A DNA stretch of 64,000 nt from a bacterium (GTDB taxonomy: Bacteria > SM23-31): the NCBI GenBank assembly GCA_028278455.1, contig JANQEH010000308.1, positions 13,491-77,490 on the forward strand, in the 5' to 3' direction. Within the stretch, counting starts at the first letter, position 1. The number at the start of each line of letters is the position of its first letter. A program made the position numbers and the translations under genes. Shown in pieces: positions 1-8,525 of the stretch. Under the pieces are notes generated by a model. The model was not told where the DNA came from. It worked only from the letters and a program-made list of their open reading frames with translations, and searched no databases.

Positions 1-410
1 CAAGAATATTAATAGCCTTAATCCGGAAATATCGTTTATAAGATACAGTATTAGCCGACCAATAGTAGTCTACATCAATTTCACCAATACCTCCCGAGCA
101 GTGTGCCACTACAGCTTGACTATTATTTACTGGTGCATCAGTCCATTCATAGTAACAATTTGAGGTTGTAGTTAATAGATTATATCCTGATGTTTCGTAT
201 TGACTGACATAAACACGATATCTTATAGCACCTGCACTAGCATTCCAGGTTATTCTTATCATATCCCCGTAATAACTGGGAGCTCCCCCTTTGTGGATAC
301 TTCCGCTTGCTAAAACATTGGTAGGTGGATCCGGAGGATCTGCTAATAGGGGAGTTGCTAATGTTAGAATTAACGTGACCAATAAAAATAGTTGTCCAAT
401 TTTTTTCATG
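1..410 (-). CDS. Secreted protein with N-terminal signal peptide (MKKIGQLFLLVTLILTLATPLLA) and a fibronectin-III/Ig-like beta-rich domain. The 3' end is truncated by the window edge.
   Basis: My own translation of the minus strand from ATG at 410. It has a hydrophobic signal peptide followed by a W/Y-rich beta-strand pattern. It is absent from the ORF track because no stop codon falls inside the window. Confidence 0.45.
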
Positions 411-607
411 ATGACCTCCAGTTCATAGAAAATTTAGTCTATTTGTGAATTATTATAATTTATTAGGATTAGTCTTTTATATAATCACCTCCATGTTAGG
501 AATACTTAAAGAAAAACAATCAAATCAAAAACTGTAGAAATCAATCTCTTGTCCGGATAAATATAGATAATTAGCATGAAATAAAATATTACTAATTGTG
601 CAATATG

Positions 608-1042
608 CTAATCGCAATTCTGTTCAGACACATAATCAAAAACCTGTTCAAATTCCTGATATTGCATGAGTTCAGAGTATTCGAATTCGCCTGCATTTAC
701 TTTGGATTTTATTTCCGCCAATGACATCCCGCACATCCTTTTCAAAAATGATAGAAATCCAGAAGTTCCTGAGAAACCCAGCTCCCTTGCATAACCAAAT
801 GAGTTATTATCATGCCCTGTTTTAATCAAATCAATAAAATATTTCCATTTCACATAAGAATGATATTGTTTTATTGTAACGCCAAAACTGTATTTAAACC
901 AGTTATGAAGATCTGTAACACTGATATTATAATTATCTGCTATTTCGCAGGCAATAATTATCGAAGTTGGTGATTGTTCCAGGTACAGTCTAATGGCTTC
1001 GAGTATGTACTCATTAATCTCACTCATTAGTTGGCTCCTCAT
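608..1042 (-). CDS. AraC-type HTH domain protein (single-domain AraC/XylS-family regulator)
   Basis: C-terminal segment GYARELGFSGTSGFLSFLKRMCGMSLAEI matches the second AraC HTH motif. Size is 144 aa. Confidence 0.7.
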   Translation of the reverse strand: MRSQLMSEINEYILEAIRLYLEQSPTSIIIACEIADNYNISVTDLHNWFKYSFGVTIKQYHSYVKWKYFIDLIKTGHDNNSFGYARELGFSGTSGFLSFLKRMCGMSLAEIKSKVNAGEFEYSELMQYQEFEQVFDYVSEQNCD

Positions 1043-1289
1043 TTTAGCAGTAAAATAATTCTGCTTGATAACACTTAGTTTGTATTAAAACTATGAACCC
1101 CAATTTCGAGATACATCTATAACTGTCGAGGTGAAATGTGCCTGATACTATTAGACCAAGTCTATCTTTAAATATTTTTTTGAGGATTATACTTTTATTA
1201 AGAGGTTAACAAAGTAACCATCATAATCCAATGACCAATAATTCAATCTAATTAATATAGTATCTAATTTCAACGGAATTCTTACATCC

Positions 1290-1496
1290 CTACTGATTTT
1301 TCAGAAACGAATTCTTCTTTTCCTTGCCGCAGAATTTGAACATTTCACAATCATTGCAGACGTAGTCGTCGCAGTGAGTGATGTTCTCGCATATACCGGT
1401 TGCGCTTACGGTGACCGTTTCCTTGACGCATGTTTTCTCGAGATTGTTGTTGTAGTAACAATCCGAGTAATGACATTCTAAGACGTTTCCGCTCAT
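1290..1496 (-). CDS. Small cysteine-rich hypothetical protein (68 aa, 8 Cys, one CxxC)
   Basis: Intact ORF on the same strand as its neighbours, 254 bp downstream of the sprA-like gene. It has markedly C-ending (GC3-rich) codons flanked by AT-rich spacers. No homology is recognised. Confidence 0.35.
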   Translation of the reverse strand: MSGNVLECHYSDCYYNNNLEKTCVKETVTVSATGICENITHCDDYVCNDCEMFKFCGKEKKNSFLKNQ

Positions 1497-1750
1497 TCTT
1501 ATAACTTTTCTATATTAAGGATTTTAGTACTAACTACTATTATGCATTACAGAGGCATTGAGGACACAGAGAAAAACAATTTATCTATGAAATACAATAA
1601 CCAAAACGCATTTAGTACTGAGATTTCTCGACTTGCCCCATCCAGCGTTGCAGGATCGGGGCTGCGCTCGAAATGACATATCATCTATGTTAGTATTCAT
1701 GAATTATTAATCTCTTTCTTTTCTAAACGCCTCTGTGTTGCAGGTTATTT

Positions 1751-4700
1751 TTAACCGTCTATTCTTATTCTGATGTTCAGCCCGAAGTCCATGTCGGAGT
1801 TTCCTCCTCGCTGGATATTGTCACCTTTCCGGTATTCGAAATAGAATCCGCCGGTCACTTTCTGGGTGAAGGAATAATTGACTGTCTGCCGAAGGTTCCA
1901 CTGCTTGTTGCTCTGAAATGTCTCGAACTTTTCCGCGGTCGGAGTCTTTTTCAGGGTTTCACTGTTGTTGCTCTGGAACATCATAGTATAACTTACGCTG
2001 TTGCTGATACGCCTGCTGCGCAGGAAGGGCAGGGGGATTCTGAATCCTGTTGCCCACTGAAATGTTGTCGATGCTGTAATTGCCGATGTTATCGTCTTGG
2101 TCTCAACTCCCGTCCTGTCCAGTGATAATGTATTCTGTTTTACCATTGTAACATTTGACATTATTCCTCTTTTCCAGCCGATATTCAGCCCTACAAGCGG
2201 GCTGAAACCCCAGTTGTAGCTGGTAGTTACTTTATTGTCCGGAGTATCCTGCCAGTTTTCCTGCTTGTTTCCGGTATATGTATGCTGCAATGTGACGGAA
2301 TTGGTCAGTTTTTCAAAGAATAAAAGGTCCTCCAGTTTGGTTACACTGAGTGAATAATCGAACATCGGGATCTTTGTGTCTCCGAATATGAACATCGTAC
2401 CGTTGGAATTTCCGCTTATAACTCCGTTCTGATTACTTTCATTTTGTCCGGAGGAATACCTGAGATTGAAAGAGGCGTTGTTTGTCAGCGCAAAGCGTGT
2501 TGAAAGATTTAAACTCTGCCCGTTTGATTCAGATTCCGTATTTCCTCCAAGATCCTCCTTAACCGGGACTCCCGGATCGCTTGAAAAACCGAACTGATAT
2601 CCAAAACCCGGTGTTCCGTCCAATCCCATATTCCCGTATCTGTTGTTATCTGTCAGGGAGAATGAAATATTTGAGAATTTATCCGCAAATGCTTCGAGGT
2701 AATAAAGAGGATTGATCGGCCTTCCCGGACCTTCTTCCTCTTTCTCCTGTTCTTCGGGCTTCGGCTGCTGAACGGTTATTCCTCCCGGTCTAATCACCGG
2801 CCTTGGAGCCGGTTTAGGATTTTGAGTCTGAGGAGCCTCATACCTGTAAAACTTGTTGATCATATCCTTGAAGCTGAAACTGAAACTCAAACCCATGCTT
2901 TTTTCGAGGGTAGCTGATTTACCCTGTGCCTCTGCCTGTTTACTGCTTTGAAGTGCGTAATTCGCAGAGTACGAGATGCTGGGGGCAACAAAAGGTATCC
3001 ACTTCGGAGTATACTGTCCGGTAACGTTCTGGGTTGAATTTATTACAGTATTCGGATCCATCAGTGCTGTAAATATCTTTGATTTATCCCTATAATCGGA
3101 CAGGTTATGCTGGCTGGATCTTGTTATAGAGAGACTGATGGTCTCGAGCGGATTATAAGATGTAGTCATCGACCGCGTTGCACCGAAAGTATATGATTTT
3201 TTTGCCTCCAATGCGCCTTTCAGTTTTACCTCGGAGCTGGATTCAGCAAAACTCATATTAGTACTGAAATTCTGCGGCAGGAGAGTAAGGTCGAAGTTGG
3301 TTATCGGCCTGATGATCCTGAAGTCCGGGAGAAACCTGAACGGCGCTATAGAAAACTTTTGTATAGTTGTCTGGTAACGGATACTTCCGTTATTTGCCCA
3401 GCTGTAATTTTTTTCATTGGTAATGTCCTTGACATCTGTATTAGTATGACTCAGGCTAATACTAATAGGATCGATGAATTTTCGCAGTATCCACCACTTC
3501 GAGGCACCTGCCCGGGATATAGCTAAAGTCATCGACTGCGATTTCTGAGATATCTCTTCCAGTGCAGCGCCTGTTGAATCTGTTGCCGACTCATAAAGAA
3601 TATCTGTTCCCTGACGGTATTTAGGAGTAGCCGTATTTGTATTCTGAACATAACTGACCGGCAGCCTTAGACCTTTGTAGGGAAGAAACCTGTCAAGGGT
3701 AGTGCTTAGGTTCACCGACATTTCATCTGCATTTCCTCCGGAGCCGAATTTTTCAGTCAGTGAAATAAAATCGGCCTCCCGCTTAGAATAACCTACGCTG
3801 ATATTTCCGAGATCTGCAACGTTCATATTGACGTTCATACGGACAGCCTTGGCGGGGATCCTGTCCACATCGGTTACTCTGAGCTCGTCTATCCAGATCA
3901 AACCCGAGAGATTCCTGTCTGTAACATTCTTTAATCCGACAGTAAATGACAGCAGGTTCGTCAGTGTTGGATTACCCTTCACAAACCACCTTGTGCTGTC
4001 TTCGAGTGTTCTCGTTTTGTTATATAGAGTGGTTTTTGTTACCGGCAGCTCCTTCAGGTCAATTTCTATTGCATCCCATCCCTCGTCATTTTCTCCTGAT
4101 CGGAGTTTTTTCCTGACCTCGTAATAGTTTTTGTCATCCCTTCCGAACTGTACGAAAAACTCGAATTCTGATTCTTCTCCATAAGGTAAGTTAGGATCCT
4201 TGACAAATATCTTCAGTTTACCGTAATTTACAACGTCCTGGACTTTTACAAAAGTTTTCTTGATAGCCGCTGTGTATCCCGGTTTCAGATCCTGATATCT
4301 AATCTGAAGCGACTGCTCTTTAGATGTGATTTTATTTATTTTGTCATACAATCCTGTCACTCCCGGGGGTGAAGTATATGCCGGTACCAGTTCGGTAGCA
4401 TGCTGGTTCTCTTCAGTATTTACAATTTCTACGAAAATCACGGAATCACTGAGAGAATATTGCGGGCCTTTATCAGTATCCTGGGAAACCTGTGCAGTAT
4501 CAGGGTATGTACCGAGTTCTTTCCAGGCATTTCCAACAAGGTCGATCGAATATATCGAAATCTTTTCAGACCTGCTGTTGTCCTCTGTGCTTGCTTCTAT
4601 ATTTCTCACCCAGATCCTTGAATACTCTATCTGGGACCAGGAAGGATGACCTATCTTGTTTGTGAATTCTGTAAGGGGAATCCTGTAAAGTTTCCATCCG

Positions 4701-7700
4701 TCAGGATTACCGCCTGCGATCAAGTGGCTTGTTTTATCCGATAGATCAAAGACATATTGAAAATAATCATTCCTTTGATCGAGATTTCCGTCAGCATCGA
4801 GGTCTTCTGTATCCGGTTTTCTTATATCGTCAATCTTGTCACCGGAACCGTTACCTTCTGTTCCGTTTATATTATCATAGTTAGTGCTTCCTTCGGTATA
4901 GAACCAGTCATCATCTTCAAACTCTCCATTATCGGGGCTGTCTTCCGCTTCTATCCCATCAAGACCTGTGTCTTCACCTTCATCAAGGTTATTATTAGGG
5001 ATCGCTCCTTTGTCTTCTGTGTCGAGCTTGGCCAGTAGCGGACGGTATGCATCCTCGCTTATGAGCCCGAGATCCACTCCAACAGTTCCGCTGTTGCCCT
5101 TGATCCAGATCTCGAGGAATTTACTGTCAGTCTGATTGAAATTGCTCTGGGTCATCCATTTCATGATGCTTCCCCAGGAGCTGTCCGGGCTGAATTGCTT
5201 GTGGCTGTCGGATATGAGCTGCATTGTCAATATATTTGCCCTGTTAGATCCGGTCCTCTCGCTTACCTCCCTGTTCGGGAAGATGTCGGTGATCTTCGGT
5301 CGTTCAGATTCAACCGGATTATACCAGATCAGTTTGGCCCGCTGTGGTTCCTTGTATTTATAATTGACAGTATCACGTGTGAATTCATTGATTGTTATAG
5401 GACCGCTTCCCTTTTTCCAGGATTTCCTGTAAACACCTATATAATTGACCCTCTTTGTTCCCTCGAAGTCATCGAGGTATGCAACTCCCTGTTCTCCGAG
5501 GCTGTTGTTCATAGTATTTGGATTTGGAAGTGACTGGGCGAACTCACCCTCGATATCAAACCTCGATTCACCCCTGGGTTTCAGCATCGGGATAAGATTC
5601 AAAGCCTGTGTTACCCTGTTGGTTGAGAATCCGAACTTGCCGTTTATACCCCAGACCATGTTCTTGATAGGTTCGTTACCGACAGTAACCCTGTTTTCGA
5701 GGATCCTTTCACTCAGGAAAAGGGCAGTACCGCCGATAAATGACCTTTCACCGATAGGATACTCGAGCCGTGTTCCGAAAAGTGTTTTCTTATCAAGCTG
5801 AAAAACTTCAGCGCTTTCGTATTTAACTTCCATGGTCGATCCGGGGCCCATGGCGGCTGCATTTACTATGGTAAGTGTCCCCATCTGGTAGTCAACAGTA
5901 TAATCAGTTCCCCTTTCGAGCTGTTTTCCATCAAGGAAAATCTCCTCACTGTCCTGAATTACCTGGAAGCCGAGGTTATAAACCTGATCCCTGTTAGCCA
6001 TGACTACTTCGATATCATATTTTGATACATTGCCGTATTTTGATACGTCCACGAACAGATTGTCATATATCTCAGGTACAGTGAATTCAGAATTCCCTAC
6101 AAGCCTACTGGTCTCTCCCCAGACTTTGTCGCTGTCTTTAACATTCTGATCGGTTTCAGGGGCGAACGGCCTTTTTCCAGGGAACCTCAGGTGCCCCTTT
6201 ACCGGATCGAGGAGCCATCCGTTATCCACGTCAAATTTCAAATCAGCAACTTGATTTCCTCCTTCGTCATACCTGTCCAGTCCGAAGATCTCAAGAAAAC
6301 TTAATCCATTGGTATCACCAGTATAGATAGGATTCTTAGGATTCTCCCTGTTGTTGACAATATTTAATTCGAAACCTTCCTTATCTATACCCCTGTTGCC
6401 CAGTGAATAAACATTTTTCCATTCAAGGTCCCATGTTGGATCGTTTTCATTCGGATTGTCGGTTCTGATGAGCTTTAGGACAAGATTGGAAGTACTGTCT
6501 GGTATTACACCGGGAGGAAACGTAGTGCCCACGGAATCACCGGCTACAGTCTTGTAAGCGACAGCGAGAACCTCATTCTGCGCCGGCTGTTTAAGAATTA
6601 TGAAACCAGTATTAAGATCAATAATGTACTCCGACTTGTCTACCCTGAGAAAATAGCGGTTAACATGCCCCGCATTTCCCCCTTCGGCTGTGTCTGCGGC
6701 TGCAATATTATTAGGATCTACAACAGCCCACCCTCTGATGCTCTCAGGATTCTTATCAAAATTGGTTCCTGATCTCCATAATTCGAAATCAGTGATAACT
6801 TTTTCACCCTGATTGTATATTTGAGGAATACCGGATTCCGATAATTTAAATTCTCTATAGTAGAAGTCGTCAATATAATAATAAGTATCCTTAAGATACT
6901 CATAATCACGGATAGTCAACGGCTGTGACTTGGCGCCGCCCTTGATGGTCAGAGACTGTTTCTGCCCTTTTTCGAGCGATGCGATAGTTGTTACACTGAG
7001 ATTTCCGAATTTGGCCTCGGTCTTAAATCCGAACAATCCCTGGTGTCCCCCGCCGAATGAAATGAATCTTGTTCCGGGAAGGGACAGCCCGACATTACCC
7101 GCCTGGATAGATTGGAAGATTTCGTCTTCGTCACCTGTATAAAACAGCCGGATATTGTTTTCTATATCAAAATCCCGCTGAGAATCCTGGTCAACGAGCA
7201 CACTGATCTTCTCACCTACCTTTCCCGTGATGCTGAATCGCTGCTGCTGTTCGAGTTTGAATGAGTACCTTGTACCGTCCGAGGCATCCCGGACAATATC
7301 CTGTTCATGCTTAGCGAGGTTACCCTGGATGTTGACCTCACCTCTCACCTCGAGACCGATCTCGCCCTCACCCCCTGCAATTCTGCTGAGCCTCCTGCTG
7401 GCAAGAGGAACAGGAATGGATATACCTATCCCCCGGGGGCCTTCCTGCGTACTCACACCGCTGACCGTTTCAATTGTGGAATTATACCAGATCCGCTGGA
7501 TAGTATTCATCTTCGAAAGTGAATCTAATGAGGCATAGTCGAGGATCAGGGGGATTCTGAATTCGTCATTTAGGAAATTTTCCTTAAAGATATAGCTGCC
7601 GGATGCACTGTCATATTCGACGCTTCTCTGAGTGGTGAAAAAGGTTTCCGGTACCCTGGCAAGGGTGTCGACACCTATACTGAGATGCGGAGTTTTTTTA

Positions 7701-7876
7701 AACGGTACCGAAATACTGACGATATTCAGAGCAGGTTTTGGTGGTTTTAAACCGATCTGGGCATATACCGATTCTGAAAAGAATAAGGTAACAAGCAGAA
7801 GGATTCCTGAGAACAGGGGGGAATGCTTCCGTAAAGAAAGGTATGCCTTCTTACTAACTACCATAGTGCTCAGCAA
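1751..7876 (-). CDS. sprA: Giant (2041 aa) secreted outer-membrane protein, likely a SprA/Sov-family T9SS translocon
   Basis: N-terminal signal peptide (…LFFSESVYA/Q). Very large beta-rich protein with an internal acidic D/G/E-rich insert (…DEGEDTGLDGIEAEDSPDNGEFEDDDW…). Overall length and composition are typical of SprA of the FCB group. The C-terminal beta-barrel-like end terminates in aromatic-rich strands. Confidence 0.55.
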   Translation of the reverse strand: MLSTMVVSKKAYLSLRKHSPLFSGILLLVTLFFSESVYAQIGLKPPKPALNIVSISVPFKKTPHLSIGVDTLARVPETFFTTQRSVEYDSASGSYIFKENFLNDEFRIPLILDYASLDSLSKMNTIQRIWYNSTIETVSGVSTQEGPRGIGISIPVPLASRRLSRIAGGEGEIGLEVRGEVNIQGNLAKHEQDIVRDASDGTRYSFKLEQQQRFSITGKVGEKISVLVDQDSQRDFDIENNIRLFYTGDEDEIFQSIQAGNVGLSLPGTRFISFGGGHQGLFGFKTEAKFGNLSVTTIASLEKGQKQSLTIKGGAKSQPLTIRDYEYLKDTYYYIDDFYYREFKLSESGIPQIYNQGEKVITDFELWRSGTNFDKNPESIRGWAVVDPNNIAAADTAEGGNAGHVNRYFLRVDKSEYIIDLNTGFIILKQPAQNEVLAVAYKTVAGDSVGTTFPPGVIPDSTSNLVLKLIRTDNPNENDPTWDLEWKNVYSLGNRGIDKEGFELNIVNNRENPKNPIYTGDTNGLSFLEIFGLDRYDEGGNQVADLKFDVDNGWLLDPVKGHLRFPGKRPFAPETDQNVKDSDKVWGETSRLVGNSEFTVPEIYDNLFVDVSKYGNVSKYDIEVVMANRDQVYNLGFQVIQDSEEIFLDGKQLERGTDYTVDYQMGTLTIVNAAAMGPGSTMEVKYESAEVFQLDKKTLFGTRLEYPIGERSFIGGTALFLSERILENRVTVGNEPIKNMVWGINGKFGFSTNRVTQALNLIPMLKPRGESRFDIEGEFAQSLPNPNTMNNSLGEQGVAYLDDFEGTKRVNYIGVYRKSWKKGSGPITINEFTRDTVNYKYKEPQRAKLIWYNPVESERPKITDIFPNREVSERTGSNRANILTMQLISDSHKQFSPDSSWGSIMKWMTQSNFNQTDSKFLEIWIKGNSGTVGVDLGLISEDAYRPLLAKLDTEDKGAIPNNNLDEGEDTGLDGIEAEDSPDNGEFEDDDWFYTEGSTNYDNINGTEGNGSGDKIDDIRKPDTEDLDADGNLDQRNDYFQYVFDLSDKTSHLIAGGNPDGWKLYRIPLTEFTNKIGHPSWSQIEYSRIWVRNIEASTEDNSRSEKISIYSIDLVGNAWKELGTYPDTAQVSQDTDKGPQYSLSDSVIFVEIVNTEENQHATELVPAYTSPPGVTGLYDKINKITSKEQSLQIRYQDLKPGYTAAIKKTFVKVQDVVNYGKLKIFVKDPNLPYGEESEFEFFVQFGRDDKNYYEVRKKLRSGENDEGWDAIEIDLKELPVTKTTLYNKTRTLEDSTRWFVKGNPTLTNLLSFTVGLKNVTDRNLSGLIWIDELRVTDVDRIPAKAVRMNVNMNVADLGNISVGYSKREADFISLTEKFGSGGNADEMSVNLSTTLDRFLPYKGLRLPVSYVQNTNTATPKYRQGTDILYESATDSTGAALEEISQKSQSMTLAISRAGASKWWILRKFIDPISISLSHTNTDVKDITNEKNYSWANNGSIRYQTTIQKFSIAPFRFLPDFRIIRPITNFDLTLLPQNFSTNMSFAESSSEVKLKGALEAKKSYTFGATRSMTTSYNPLETISLSITRSSQHNLSDYRDKSKIFTALMDPNTVINSTQNVTGQYTPKWIPFVAPSISYSANYALQSSKQAEAQGKSATLEKSMGLSFSFSFKDMINKFYRYEAPQTQNPKPAPRPVIRPGGITVQQPKPEEQEKEEEGPGRPINPLYYLEAFADKFSNISFSLTDNNRYGNMGLDGTPGFGYQFGFSSDPGVPVKEDLGGNTESESNGQSLNLSTRFALTNNASFNLRYSSGQNESNQNGVISGNSNGTMFIFGDTKIPMFDYSLSVTKLEDLLFFEKLTNSVTLQHTYTGNKQENWQDTPDNKVTTSYNWGFSPLVGLNIGWKRGIMSNVTMVKQNTLSLDRTGVETKTITSAITASTTFQWATGFRIPLPFLRSRRISNSVSYTMMFQSNNSETLKKTPTAEKFETFQSNKQWNLRQTVNYSFTQKVTGGFYFEYRKGDNIQRGGNSDMDFGLNIRIRIDG

Positions 7877-8072
7877 TAAACGGACATCAATAATCCGCTT
7901 CCTGAATTGTTATTTCTCAATACCGTTTAATTAATCTTTAGCACTATGAAATAGGCATCTCCTTATTTGAACGGTCAGCACTGATTATTGGTTTATACTC
8001 AAATAAACTACGTAAGTTCTCAATAATAATCAATTTACATATGAAAAGCAAGTTTTTGTTATTGTCGGTGTA

Positions 8073-8525
8073 TCAGGCTTTCCCGGTTCCGGCAGCCAGG
8101 ATATCCAGGTATTTCTCTCCGAGTCCGAGCATATCCCGTTTTTCATCTTCCGTTCCATCCTTATATCCGAGCAGATGAAGAGTTCCGTGAACGGCAAGTC
8201 TCATAAGTTCATTTTCAAATGATACCTTGTATTCTTCTGCCTGTCTTTTTGCCATATCGGTACAAATATATATTTCACCTTCAAGCGGGCAATCTTCATT
8301 TTCCAGGGAAAACGCTATTACATCTGTAGACCTGTCATGGTCAAGGAATCTTTTGTTCAGGTCGGTTATCCTGTTGTCATCAACAAATACTATGCTTATT
8401 TCTGCCTCATTAATACCTTCCTGGGAACATACAAATTCCACAGCTGTCCTTACCTCATTTTCAGTAACGGGTACTTCTTTAATATCATCGGCAAAAACAA
8501 CAGATATCTTAATCAGGCTTGTCAA
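8073..8525 (-). CDS. ybeY: Endoribonuclease YbeY (rRNA maturation factor)
   Basis: Conserved metal-binding motif HGTLHLLGY(K)D; length 150 aa. Confidence 0.9.
   Translation of the reverse strand: MTSLIKISVVFADDIKEVPVTENEVRTAVEFVCSQEGINEAEISIVFVDDNRITDLNKRFLDHDRSTDVIAFSLENEDCPLEGEIYICTDMAKRQAEEYKVSFENELMRLAVHGTLHLLGYKDGTEDEKRDMLGLGEKYLDILAAGTGKA

Noticed and set aside
1497-1750. Imperfect hairpin CCCCGATCC…GGATGGGG (about 1640-1665) downstream of sprA as a terminator or riboswitch
   Set aside because: There is no adjacent U-tract on either strand and no recognisable riboswitch consensus. It is kept only as a weak structural note.
3828-7934. Multiple 60-118-aa plus-strand ORFs (3828..4124, 4326..4649, 4757..5038, 5136..5533, 5445..5801, 6930..7142, 7227..7538, 7632..7934) lying inside the sprA-like gene
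   Set aside because: They are antisense to a 6.1-kb continuous ORF, low-complexity and hydrophobic, with no homology. They are typical shadow ORFs.
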